DNA of 64,000 nucleotides from positions 124,001 through 188,000 of the forward strand of contig NIVC01000267.1 in the NCBI GenBank assembly GCA_002269645.1, read 5' to 3'. A program made the position numbers and the translations under genes. Of the stretch, positions 45,339-59,400 are shown one piece after another. The stretch's first letter is position 1, and every line of letters starts with the position of its first letter. Below the pieces are notes generated by a model that worked only from the letters and a program-made list of their open reading frames with translations, made no database searches and was not told where the DNA came from. The stretch comes from Macrostomum lignano. Lineage: Eukaryota.

Positions 45339-48300
45339 TCTCAATCAATCTTCAGTTTGAGGGCCGCCAGTCACTCTCTCTCAATCAATCAATCTTCAAG
45401 TTTAGGGCCGCCAGTCACTCTCTCAATAAATCTTCAGGCTCAGAGCCACCTCTAACCCTGAGTTCAATCTGCCTTATTATAGAAGTTTCCACCTGGTGCT
45501 GCATCAGGGCTACTCGGGCACGGTGCCAGCCTCCCTGACCATCCAGACGGTGCAGCGCGATGGCACCATTCGATCCAGCAAAGCCGCCGAGCTGCTGTCT
45601 GATTTTTACACCGGCCATATCGACGGCCTGCCGAACTCCCACGTGTCCGGCTACAGGGAGGGCGAGAAATTCTACCTGACCATTGATGACGGAGATCAGC
45701 TTCTGCATATCGAGGTGCGTGCGCTAGTCTCTTTTAACTAAACTTGTGCCGGTGTATATCTAATCGCATTTTCATAACTCTTCCAGCCCCTGTCTGTCAT
45801 GTCCAATAACCAATCCGATCATCGGCTGCTGGCTTATTATGATGACGCAATCAACAGCACGTGAGTGAAGATTTGGGCATTGTTAGTAATGCGTCACCTT
45901 GTGCAGCTCGCGTGTAGTTTAATTAGGCTATTTGTAATTGCTGACTGTCCACTGTCTGTCTGTCTGCCTGACTGTCCACTGTCTGTCTGTCTGCCTGACT
46001 GTCCACTGTCTGTCTGTCTGCCTGCCTGCCTGACTGTCCACTGTCTGTCTGTCTGTCTGTCTGTCTGCCTGACTGTCCACTGTCTGTCTGTCTGCCTGAC
46101 TGTCCACTGTCTGTCTGTCTGCCTGACTGTCCACTGTCTGTCTGTCTGCCTGACTGTCCTCTGTCTGTCTGTCTGCCTGCCTGCCTGACTGTCCACTGTC
46201 TGTCTGTCTGGCTGACTGTCTGTCTGGCTGACTGTCTGTCTGTCTGTCTGTCTGCCTGCCTGCCTGCCTGACTGTCCACTGTCTGTCTGTCTGTCTGCCT
46301 GACTGTCCACTGTCTGTCTGTCTGTCTGCCTGACTGTCCACTGTCTGTCTGTCTGTCTGCCTGACTGTCCACTGTCTGTCTGTCTGCCTGACTGTCCACT
46401 GTCTGTCTGTCTGCCTGACTGTCCTCTGTCTGTCTGCCTGCCTGCCTGACTGTCCACTGTCTGTCTGTCTGGCTGACTGTCTGTCTGGCTGACTGTCTGT
46501 CTGTCTGTCTGTCTGCCTGCCTGCCTGCCTGACTGTCCACTGTCTGTCTGTCTGTCTGCCTGACTGTCCACTGTCTGTCTGTCTGTCTGCCTGACTGTCC
46601 ACTGTCTGTCTGTCTGTCTGCCTGACTGTCCACTGTCTGTCTGTCTGCCTGACTGTCCACTGTCTGTCTGTCTGCCTGACTGTCCACTGTCTGTCTGTCT
46701 GCCTGACTGTCCACTGTCTGTCTGTCTGCCTGCCTGCCTGACTGTCCACTGTCTGTCTGTCTGTCTGTCTGTCTGCCTGACTGTCCACTGTCTGTCTGTC
46801 TGCCTGACTGTCCACTGTCTGTCTGTCTGCCTGACTGTCCACTGTCTGTCTGTCTGCCTGACTGTCCTCTGTCTGTCTGTCTGCCTGCCTGCCTGACTGT
46901 CCACTGTCTGTCTGTCTGGCTGACTGTCTGTCTGGCTGACTGTCTGTCTGTCTGTCTGTCTGCCTGCCTGCCTGCCTGACTGTCCACTGTCTGTCTGTCT
47001 GTCTGCCTGACTGTCCACTGTCTGTCTGTCTGCCTGCCTGACTGTCCACTGTCTGTCTGTCTGTCTGCCTGACTGTCCACTGTCTGTCTGTCTGCCTGAC
47101 TGTCCACTGTCTGTCTGTCTGCCTGACTGTCCTCTGTCTGCCTGCCTGCCTGACTGTCCACTGTCTGTCTGTCTGGCTGACTGTCTGTCTGGCTGACTGT
47201 CTGTCTGTCTGTCTGTCTGCCTGCCTGCCTGCCTGACTGTCCACTGTCTGTCTGTCTGTCTGCCTGACTGTCCACTGTCTGTCTGTCTGTCTGCCTGACT
47301 GTCCACTGTCTGTCTGTCTGTCTGCCTGACTGTCCACTGTCTGTCTGTCTGCCTGACTGTCCACTGTCTGTCTGTCTGCCTGACTGTCCACTGTCTGTCT
47401 GTCTGCCTGACTGTCCACTGTCTGTCTGTCTGTCTGCCTGACTGTCCACTGTCTGACTGTCTGTCTGCCTGACTGTCCACTGTCTGTCTGTCTGCCTGCC
47501 TGACTGTCCATTGTCTGTCTGTCTGTCTGCCTGACTGTCCACTGTCTGTCTGTCTGCCTGACTGTCCACTGTCTGTCTGTCTGTCTGTCTGCCTGTCTGT
47601 CCTCTGTCTGTCTGTCTGTCTGCCTGACTGTCCACTGTCTGTCTGTCTGCCTGACTGTCCACTGTCTGTCTGTCTGCCTTACTGTCCACTGTCTGTCTGT
47701 CTGTCTGTCTGCCTGCCTGACTGTCCACTGTCTGTCTGTCTGTCTGTCTGCCTGACTGTTCACTGTCTGTCTGTCTGTCTGCCTGACTGTCCACTGTCTG
47801 TCTGTCTGCCTTACTGTCCACTGTCTGTCTGTCTGTCTGCCTGACTGTCCACTGTCTGTCTGTCTGTCTGCCTGCCTGATTGTCCACTGTCTGTCTGTCT
47901 GTCTGCCTGCCTGACTGTCCACTGTCTGTCTGTCTGCCTGACTGTCCATTGTCTGTCTGTCTGTCTGCCTGCCTGACTGTCCACTGTCTGTCTGTCTGCC
48001 TGACTGTCCATTGTCTGTCTGTCTGTCTGCCTGCCTGACTGTCCACTGTCTGTCTGTCTGTCTGTCTGCCTGACTGTCTGTCTGCCTGACTGTCTGTCTG
48101 TCTGTCTGTCTGTCTGCCTTACTGTCCACTGTCTGTCTGTCTGTCTGTCTGCCTGACTGTCCACTGTCTGTCTGTCTGTCTGCCTGACTGTCCACTGTCT
48201 GTCTGTCTGTCTGCCTGACTGTCCACTGTCTGTCTGTCTGCCTTACTGTCCACTGTCTGTCTGTCTGTCTGCCTGCCTGACTGTCCACTGTCTGTCTGTC

Positions 48301-50365
48301 TGTCTGCCTGCCTGACTGTCCACTGTCTGTCTGTCTGCCTGACTGTCCACTGTCTGTCTGTCTGTCTGTCTGCCTGACTGTCCACTGTCTGTCTGTCTGT
48401 CTGCCTGACTGTCCATTGTCTGTCTGTCTGTCTGCCTGACTGTCCACTGTCTGTCTGTCTGTCTTTTCCTGCTTGTCGTACTTACACCGGTATTAATGTT
48501 TTTATTTTATTTCTATCACTTTCCATCGGCTCCTAAAGCGCTGATATCTCTTTCGAATTCTGCGTGTCTCAATATCCGTTTCGTCATTATTTAATAATTT
48601 GTTCAATTTTTTCTCTTCCCTCAGCGGCCAATTTTGCGGCAGCGAATCCGCCGAGGCCGGCGGGCCGATCCGAACCTCGCCGGCGCCGTCCGCCTTCGCC
48701 GAAATTGGCGCGGCCGCCGCCGGCAGCCAAGCCAGGCACCTTCGTCGGCGTCGACGACAGGCGTCTGCGGAGACTGGCGGCGGCTCCGGTCGGCGGCAGC
48801 TGAAGAGTGTCTGCCGCATGCAGCTGGTCGCTGACTACACCTTTGTGCAGCGGATTGCTTCGGGCTCTTTTGGCAGCACGGCTAAGAGCCTCATCAAAAT
48901 TGCTGACGACATCAACAAGGTGTACATGGATACCACTTTTACTCACCCGACTACTGGGGAGGTGTTCACCAATGTTGGCTTCGAGCTGGCTCAAATGGTG
49001 AGTGATGGTGAGATGAGATGAGATAGATAGATAGACAGATAGTTAGATAGATAGATAGATACCGGGTGTCCGGATTGAACGGAAACGCTGCTTAAAACGT
49101 CGTTAATTACGTAATCTTTCGCAAAATTCAAAATTTTGCATGGGTGTCAGAACCAGCAGAAATCACAGAATTTAATACATCCACTCTTGCAGCTTTATTC
49201 CTAACCATGGCTGAGCACGAGGCTCAAAGACGAGCAATCGCTGAATTACTTTGCGCTGGAAAGTCAACTAGCGACATCAGAGAAGTGCTCAATGTGAGCA
49301 GAAAGAGGATTTTCACTGTGAGGAAGCTGCTGAACGACACAGGAGATGTCACCAAAAGACATGGGGGTGGTCGTCCGAGGACAAAAAGGACGAAGAAGAC
49401 CGTCGCAGCCGTCCGGGCGAAGGTCAACCGAAATCCCGAAGGTCGATTCGCCGACTGGCACGTGAGCACGACATGAGCAAGACGACAATGTCGGAGCTCG
49501 TCAAAGAAGACCTCGGCATGGTGTCCAGGGTGGTGGTGCCGAAGAACCTCATCACTTCGAAGCAGAAGGTATCGCGTCTCAAGCGGTGCAGGCAGTTGCT
49601 CACGTGGGTGAAGAACCACGGCTCGCTGGTGCGCGTGTTCAGCGACGAGAAACTGTTCACCTGTGACCAAGCCGTGAACAGGCGCAACACTCGCTACATC
49701 AGCGCCGCCAGCAGCGCGGACACACCTGCCCACGTGAAGTACAGTATGAAGTCTAAGCACCCGGCCTCCATCATGATGCTGGGCGTCGTTGCGAGTGATG
49801 GACGGAGGTGTCCCCCCATTTTCATCAACCCAGGCACCAAAGTGAATGCTGCATGCTACCAGCAGCTGCTGCAGCAGCACGTGCTGCCTTGGCTGCATCA
49901 GCAGTACCCTGACGGACAGTACGTGTGGCAGCAGGACGGTGCTCCGGCTCACACAGCGGCCACAACCCAGCAGTTCTTGGCAGACAACATGGCGAACTTC
50001 TGGCCGAAGACGATGTGGCCGCCCTCCAGTCCGGACCTGAATCCGCTGGACTTCTCAATCTGGCAGCGTGTGGAGAGCGAGGCCTGCAGATCCTGCCACA
50101 GCAGTGTGGAAGCGCTGCAGGCTGCTGTTCGGCTGGCGTGGGAGAGAATGGACACCAACTATGTGAGGAAGGTGTGCCAGCAGTTCAGGAAGAGGCTGGA
50201 GCGCGTGATCGCGGCCAATGGCGGCCATTTTGAATGAGAACAATGCTGACACCTTCCTGTTTACTGTTGTCAAAAATAAATGGTACAGCTGCTTGTCTTG
50301 CTGAGAAATTGCAAAAAATATTCAAAAATCAGCAGCGTTTCCGTTCAATCCGGACACCCGGTAGG

Positions 50366-50400
<35 letters not shown>

Positions 50401-53400
50401 ATGGATAGACAGGTAGATAGATAGATAGATAGATGGATAGACATGTAGATAGATAGATAGATGGATAGACAGGTAGATAGATTGATAGATGGATAGACAG
50501 GTAGATAGATAGATAGATGGATAGACAGGTAGATAAATAGATAGATAGATGTTTAGACAGGTAGATAGATAGATGGATGGATAGACAGGTAGATAGATAG
50601 ATAGATAGATATATAGATATATAGATAGATATATAGATAGATAGATAGATAGATGGATAGACAGGTAGATAGATAGATAGATGGATAGACAGGTAGATAG
50701 ATAGATAGATGGATAGACAGGTAGATAGATAGATGGATAGACAGGTAGATAGATTGATAGATGGATAGACAGGTAGATAGATAGATGGATAGACAGGTAG
50801 ATAGATTGATAGATGGATAGACAGGTAGATAGATAGATGGATAGACAGGTAGATAGATAGATGGATAGACAGGTAGATAGATTGATAGATGGATAGACAG
50901 GGAGAAAGATGGATAGATAGACAGGTAGATAGATTGATAGATGGATAGACAGGTAGATAGATAGATAGATGGATAGACAGGTAGATAGATAGATAGATGG
51001 ATAGACAGGTAGATAGATTGATAGATGGATAGATAGGTAGATAGATAGATAGATGGATAGACAGGTAGATAGATTGATAGATGGATAGACAGGTAGATAG
51101 ATAGATAGATGGATAGACAGGTAGATAGATTGATAGATGGATAGACAGGTAGATAGATAGATAGATGGATAGACAGGTAGATAGATAGATGGATAGACAG
51201 GTAGATAGATAGATGGATAGACAGGTAGATAGATAGATGGATAGACAGGTAGATAGATAGATGGATAGACGGGGAGAAAGATGGATAGATAGACAGGTAG
51301 ATAGATTGATAGATGGATAGACAGGGAGAAAGATGGATAGATAGATAGATAGATAGACAGGAAGATATAGATAGATGGATAGACAGGTAGATAGATAGAT
51401 AGGCAACCACCCCGCCCGCAGGTGGTGTTGGAGTCCCCCAGTCAGAATGCCGGCCCGCCCTTGGCGCCGCATTTCAACGCGCCCTTATCGCCGGACGCGC
51501 CGCCCCAGCACGCCAGTCAGTACCTGGAGGCGTTTGGCGACTTTGAGCAGAACGGCATCAGGTTGAACGACTACTGCATCAACCACTTGGTCACGTTCCG
51601 GCCGATGCAGCAGAACATCCTGGGACTGGCCTATTTGGGCTCGTATAACCCCAACAACATTGGCGGGGTCTGCTCGCCGCCAAGCATGTCCAATCACGGC
51701 AGGCAGAGGGTGAGGACAGGCAGACACTGATTTAGACTATACAGAAACAGCAGACACAACAGACACAAACAGCACGCAGACACAGCAGACAGACACAGCA
51801 CGCAGACACAGCAGACAGACACAGCACGCAGACACAACAGACAGACACAGCAGACAGACACAGCAGACAGACACAGCACGCAGACACAGCAGACAGACAC
51901 AGCACGCAGACACAGCAGACAGACACAGCAGACAGACACAGCACGCAGACACAGCAGACAGACACAGCACGCAGACACAACAGACAGACACAGCAGACAG
52001 ACACAGCAGACAGACACAGCAGACAGACACAGCAGACACAGTAGACAAAAACAGCAGAGAGACACAGCAGACAGACACAGCAGACACAGCAGACAGACAC
52101 AGCAGACAGGCACAGCAGACAGACACAGCAGACAGACACAGCAGACAGACACAGCACGCAGACACAGCAGACAGACACAGCACGCAGACACAACACAGGC
52201 ACAGCAGACAGACACAGCAGACAGGCACAGCAGACAGACACAACAGACAGACACAGCAGACAGACACAGCAGACAGACACAGCAGACAGACACAGCAGAC
52301 AGACACAGCAGACAGGCACAGCAGACAGACACAACAGACAGACACAGCAGACAGACACAGCAGACAGACACAGCAGACACAGCAGACAGACACAGCAGAC
52401 AGGCACAGCAGACAGACACAGCAGACAGACACAGCAGACAGACACAGCAGACAGACACAGCAGACAGACACAGCACGCAGACACAACAGACAGGCACAGC
52501 AGACAGACACAGCAGACAGACACAGCAGACAGACACAGCACGCAGACACAACAGACAGGCACAGCAGACAGGCACAGCAGACAGACACAGCAGACAGACA
52601 CAGCAGACAGACACAGCACGCAGACACAGCAGTCAGACACAGCAAACAGACACAGCAGACAGACACAGCAGAGACACGACAGACACAGCAGACAGGCACA
52701 GCAGACAGGCACAGCAGACAGACACAGCAGACAGACACAGCAGACAGACAGCAGAGACACAGCAGACATATCAGACAGACACAGCAGACAGACACAGCAG
52801 ACAGACACAGCAGAGACACAGCAGACACATCAGACACACAGCAGACAGACACAGTAGAGACACAGCAGAGACATCAGACAGACATAGCAGACAGGCACAG
52901 CAGACAGACACAGCAGACAGACACGACACAGCAGAGACACAGCAGACAGACACAGCAGACAGACACGACACAGCAGAGACACAGCAGACAGACACAGCAG
53001 ACAGACATATCAGACAGACACAGCAGACATACACAGCAGACATACACAGCAGACAGACACAGCAGACAGACATATCAGACAGACACAGCAGACATACACA
53101 GCAGACATACACAGTAGACAGACACATCAGACAGACACAGCAGACAGACACAGCAGAGACACAGCAGAGACATCAGACAGACATAGCAGACAGGCACAGC
53201 AGATAGACACAGCAGACAGGCACGGGCCCAACCGTCCCGCAGATGATCGGCCGCAACATCGGCATGGCCACCTACGCCAACAAGGATGGCCAGCCAATTC
53301 TAAGCCGGCAGGCCCTGCTGGTCAGCGCGCACGAGCTTGGCCACAACATGGGCTCGGAGCACGACCCAGTAACGCAGAGCGTCTGCAGCCCGTCCTGGTT

Positions 53401-56400
53401 GGATGGCGGCCCCTACCTGATGTACCAGATTGCCGTGTCTGGCAGCGTCCGGCATCACAGCATGTTCTCGGAGTGCAGTAGCAAGCAGATCGCTATGCTG
53501 ATAAGCGTGAGTTGATGGAGTCACAAGACTCTCTGCTGCGCTGCTTGTGTTCCTTATATAGTCAGAGCTCTCAAAGCTCCGTTACCGGCGCTCTTTAGGC
53601 TCTAAGCCGGGGTACAGCAAACTTTTTTAGCTCAAAGGCAGATAGAGAACGTAGTGCATGACTCGGGAGAGAGGAGAGAAGAGGATAGAAGAGAATTGAG
53701 AAGAAAGGAGAGGAGATAATTGAGAGGAGAAGAGACGGCAGGAGGAGAGGAAAGAAGAGGGGAGCGGAGAGAATAGAAGAGAAGAGAGGAGATAAGGGAG
53801 AGGAAAGGAGCGGAGAAAAGAGAAGAGAGAAGAGAAGGGAAGAGTAGGGAGATGAGATAAGGGAGAAGAGAGGAGATAAGGTAGAAGAGAAGAGGAGATA
53901 AGGGAGATGAGAGGTGAGAAGCGGAAGGAGCTAAAAAGCGAAAAACCTTGAACAGGCCGGATGGCTATCGTGAAGCTTCAAAGGACCCGAGGGCCAGATA
54001 GTGAGGCTTCGCGTGCCGGAGTTCACCAGACCTGCTCTAACCATTCTCAAAGCACAATTTCCGGCACTCATCATCGGCGCTTTGAGAGAGATCCTTAATA
54101 AAACTCAAATTATTTACTTATCTATTCCGCAGACCCGCAAAAGCAGCTGCTTCCACTCGGCCAGCAACAAGCTGTGCGGCAATCACAGACGCGAGCCTGG
54201 CGAAGAGTGCGACCCCGGCCTAGCCGAGGACCGCTGCTGCTCCGCCGACTGCCGGCTGAAGCCGCCGGCCAGGTGCAGCGACGCGAACTCGCCCTGCTGC
54301 AGAGGCTGCCAGTTCGCCGGGCCCGGTACCCTGTGCCAGCGGAAGTCGCTGCTGAATCCCTGTCAGAAGGACACCTTTTGCACCGGATTAAACGACACCT
54401 GCCCGAGGCCGGCTAATGAGAAGGATGGCGCGCCGTGCAATTTCGGAGTTGGCTACTGCCTACTCGGCCGGTGGGTCTTTGTTAAGCTCTTGTCCAATTG
54501 ACTCTTCAGCTGGGGCTGCGGCAAAGATCAAAGGACCAGAATGGGGTAGCGGCAAACATCAAGGGACCAAAATGGGAGTAGCGGTAAACATCAAAGGACC
54601 AGAATGGGGGCTGCGGCAAACATCAAAGGACCAGAATGGGGGCTAGTGGCAAACATCAAAGGACCAGCGGGGGTAGCGGCAAACATCAAAGGACCAAAAT
54701 AGGGGTTAGCGGCAAAGATCAAAAGACCAAAATGGGGTAGCGACCAGAATCAAAAGACCAGAATGGAGGTTAGCGGCAAACATCAAAGGACCACCATGGG
54801 GGTAGCGGCAGAGATGAAAGTACCGGAATGAAGACGGTTGTTGGGAAACATTGAAAGAACAAGTGGATTATCGGCAAGCACTATAAGAAGAGAATGGCAT
54901 GTATTGGTGCTCACCAAAATGGGATATTTCCCAACAATCGTCATTCCCAATCACCGCCCCAGCTGCGAGTCCGTGTGCTCCCGTCTGGGCCCGGGCTTCA
55001 AGCCGTGCGCCTGCGACTCCGCGGAGCACGCCTGCCGCGTGTGCTGCCGAGACGAGGCCGGCGGCAACTGCACCGTCTACCGGCAGGGAGACTCCGTACT
55101 GATGCCGGCCAACCAGCCCTGCCAGAAGGGCGCCGACCACCTGCAGGGCCGCTGCGATGGGAACGGCACCTGTCAGGAGCTTGCCAGTGGCAGCGGGCAG
55201 CTCATTGTGCGCCTGTGGGATCTCATAGTGCAGTCTGGGAGCAGCTCAGTTGGTAAGTTGCGCTGCTAATCTCGCCATTTTATCCAAATTGGGATTATCT
55301 CCCTGTTTTATCCCAACTAGGATTATCTCCCTGTTTTATCCCAACTAGGATTGTCTCCCTGTTTTATCCCAATTAGAATTATCTCCCTGTTTTATCCCAA
55401 CTAGGATTATCTCCCTGTTTTATCCCAACTAGGATTATCTCCCTGTTTTATCCCAACTAGGATTGTCTCCCTGTTTTATCCCAATTAGAATTATCTCCCT
55501 GTTTTATCCCAACTATGATTATTTCCCCATTTTATCCCAATTAGGATTGTCTCCCCGTTTTATCCCAATTATGAATATTTCCCCATTTTATCCCAATTAG
55601 GATTGTCTCCCCGTTTTATCCCAACTAGGATTATCTCCCTGTTTTATCCCAACTAGGATTATCTCCCTGTTTTATCCCAACTAGGATTATCTCCCTGTTT
55701 TATCCCAACTAGGATTGTCTCCCTGTTTTATCCCAATTAGAATTATCTCCCTGTTTTATCCCAACTAGGATTATCTCCCTGTTTTATCCCAACTAGGATT
55801 ATCTCCCTGTTTTATCCCAACTAGGATTGTCTCCCTGTTTTATCCCAATTAGAATTATCTCCCTGTTTTATCCCAACTATGATTATTTCCCCATTTTATC
55901 CCAATTAGGATTGTCTCCCCGTTTTATCCCAATTATGAATATTTCCCCATTTTATCCCAATTAGGATTGTCTCCCCGTTTTATCCCAACTAGGATTATCT
56001 CCCTGTTTTATCCCAACTAGGATTATCTCCCTGTTTTATCCCAACTAGGATTATCTCCCTGTTTTATCCCAACTAGGATTATCTCCCTGTTTTATCCCAA
56101 CTAGGATTGTCTCCCTGTTTTATCCCAATTAGGATTATCTCCCTGTTTTATCCCAACTAGGATTATCTCCCTGTTTTATCCCAACTAGGATTGTCTCCCT
56201 GTTTTATCCCAATTAGAATTATCTCCCTGTTTTATCCCAACTATGATTATTTCCCCATTTTATCCCAATTAGGATTGTCTCCCCGTTTTATCCCAATTAT
56301 GAATATTTCCCCATTTTATCCCAATTAGGATTGTCTCCCCGTTTTATCCCAACTAGGATTATCTCCCTGTTTTATCCCAACTAGGATTATCTCCCTGTTT

Positions 56401-59400
56401 TATCCCAACTAGGATTATCTCCCTGTTTTATCCCAATTAGAATTATCTCCCTGTTTTATCCCAACTAGGATTATCTCCCTGTTTTATCCCAATTAGGATT
56501 GTCTCCCTGTTTTATCCCAATTAGAATTATCTCCCTGTTTTATCCCAACTAGGATTATCTCCCTGTTTTATCCCAATTAGGATTGTCTCCCTGTTTTATC
56601 CCAATTAGGATTGTCTCCCCGTTTTATCCCAATTATGAATATTTCCCCATTTTATCCCAATTAGGATTGTCTCCCCGTTTTATCCCAATTAGGATTATTA
56701 CCCTGTTTTATCCTAATTAGGATTATCTCCACGTTTTATCCCAATTAGGATTGTCTCCCTGTTTTATCCCAATTAGGATTGTCTCCCCGTTTTATCCCAA
56801 TTAGGATTGTCTCCCCGTTTTATCCCAATTAGGATTGTCTCCCCGTTTTATCCCAACTAGGATTATCTCCCTGTTTTATCCCAACTAGGATTATCTCCCT
56901 GTTTTATCCCAACTAGGATTATCTCCCTGTTTTATCCCAATTAGAATTATCTCCCTGTTTTATCCCAACTAGGATTATCTCCCTGTTTTATCCCAATTAG
57001 GATTGTCTCCCTGTTTTATCCCAATTAGAATTATCTCCCTGTTTTATCCCAACTAGGATTATCTCCCTGTTTTATCCCAATTAGGATTGTCTCCCTGTTT
57101 TATCCCAATTAGGATTGTCTCCCCGTTTTATCCCAATTATGAATATTTCCCCATTTTATCCCAATTAGGATTGTCTCCCCGTTTTATCCCAATTAGGATT
57201 ATCACCCTGTTTTATCCTAATTAGGATTATCTCCACGTTTTATCCCAATTAGGATTGTCTCCCTGTTTTATCCCAATTAGGATTGTCTCCCCATTTTATC
57301 CCAATTAGGATTGTCTCCCCATTTTATCCCAATTAGGATTGTCTCCCCGTTTTATCCCAACTAGGATTATCTCCCTGTTTTATCCCAACTAGGATTATCT
57401 CCCTGTTTTATCCCAACTAGGATTATCTCCCTGTTTTATCCCAATTAGAATTATCTCCCTGTTTTATCCCAACTAGGATTATCTCCCTGTTTTATCCCAA
57501 TTAGGATTGTCTCCCTGTTTTATCCCAATTAGAATTATCTCCCTGTTTTATCCCAACTAGGATTATCTCCCTGTTTTATCCCAATTAGGATTGTCTCCCT
57601 GTTTTATCCCAATTAGGATTGTCTCCCCGTTTTATCCCAATTATGAATATTTCCCCATTTTATCCCAATTAGGATTGTCTCCCCGTTTTATCCCAATTAG
57701 GATTATCACCCTGTTTTATCCTAATTAGGATTATCTCCACGTTTTATCCCAATTAGGATTGTCTCCCTGTTTTATCCCAATTAGGATTGTCTCCCCGTTT
57801 TATCCCAATTATGAATATTTCCCCATTTTATCCCAATTAGGATTGTCTCCCCGTTTTATCCCAATTAGGATTATCACCCTGTTTTATCCTAATTAGGATT
57901 ATCTCCACGTTTTATCCCAACTAGGATTATCTCCCTGTTTTATCCCAATTAGGATTGTCTCCCTGTTTTATCCCAATTAGGATTGTCTCCCTGTTTTATC
58001 CCAATTAGGATTGTCTCCCTGTTTTATCCCAATTAGAATTATCTCCCTGTTTTATCCCAATTAGGATTGTCTCCCCATTTTATCCCAATTAGGATTGTCT
58101 CCCTGTTTTATCCCAATTAGGATTGTCTCCCTGTTTTATCCCAAGTAGGATTATCTCCCTGTTTTATCCCAATTAGGATTGTCTCCCTGTTTTATCCCAA
58201 TTAGGATTGTCTCCCCATTTTATCCCAATTAGGATTGTCTCCCTGTTTTATCCCAATTAGGATTGTCTCCCTGTTTTATCCCAAGTAGGATTATCTCCCT
58301 GTTTTATCCCAATTAGAATTATCTCCCTGTTTTATCCCAAGTAGGATTATCTCCCTGTTTTATCCCAAGTAGGATTATCTCCCTGTTTTATCCCAACTAG
58401 GATTGTCTCCCCGTTTTATCCCAATTATGATTATTTCCCCATTTTATCCCAATTATGAATATTTCCCCATTTTATCCCAATTAGGATTGTCTCCCTGTTT
58501 TATCCCAAGTAGGATTGTCTCCCTGTTTTATCCCAATTAGGATTATCTCCCTGTTTTATCCCAATTAGGATTATCTCCCTGTTTTATCCCAACTAGGATT
58601 GTCTCCCCGTTTTATCCCAATTAGGATTATCTCCCTGTTTTATCCCAATTAGAATTATCTCCCTGTTTTATCCCAATTAGAATTATCTCCCTGTTTTATC
58701 CCAAGTAGGATTATCTCCCCGTTTTATCCCAATTAGGATTGTCTCCCTGTTTTATCCCAATTAGAATTATCTCCCTGTTTTATCCCAATTAGAATTATCT
58801 CCCTGTTTTATCCCAACTAGGATTATCTCCCTGTTTTATCCCAATTAGAATTATCTCCCTGTTTTATCCCAATTAGGATTATCTCCCTGTTTTATCCCAA
58901 CTAGGATTATCTCCCTGTTTTATCCCAATTAGGATTATCTCCCTGTTTTATCCCAACTAGGATTATCTCCCTGTTTTATCCCAATTAGAATTATCTCCCT
59001 GTTTTATCCCAACTAGGATTATCTCCCTGTTTTATCCCAACTAGGATTATCTCCCTGTTTTATCCCAACTAGGATTATCTCCCTGTTTTATCCCAATTAG
59101 GATTGTCTCCCCGTTTTATCCGAATTAGGATTATCTCCGCATTTTACCCCAACTACGAGCGTAGGATTATCACCCTGTTTTATCCTAATTAGGATTGTCT
59201 CCCTGTTTTATCCCAACTAGGATTATCTCCCTGTTTTATCCCAATTAGGATTGTCTCCCTGTTTTATCCCAACTAGGATTATCTCCCTGTTTTATTCCAA
59301 TTAGGATTATCTCCACGTTTTATCCCAATTAGAATTGTCTCCCTGTTTTATGCCTAATTAGGATTATCTTCCCGTTTTATTCCAATTAGGATTGTCTGAA

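Noticed and set aside
49425-49445. Programmed ribosomal frameshift in the transposase
   Set aside because: No canonical slippery heptamer or obvious stimulatory structure; eukaryotic Tc1/mariner transposases are single ORFs. A one-base deletion or sequencing error is simpler.
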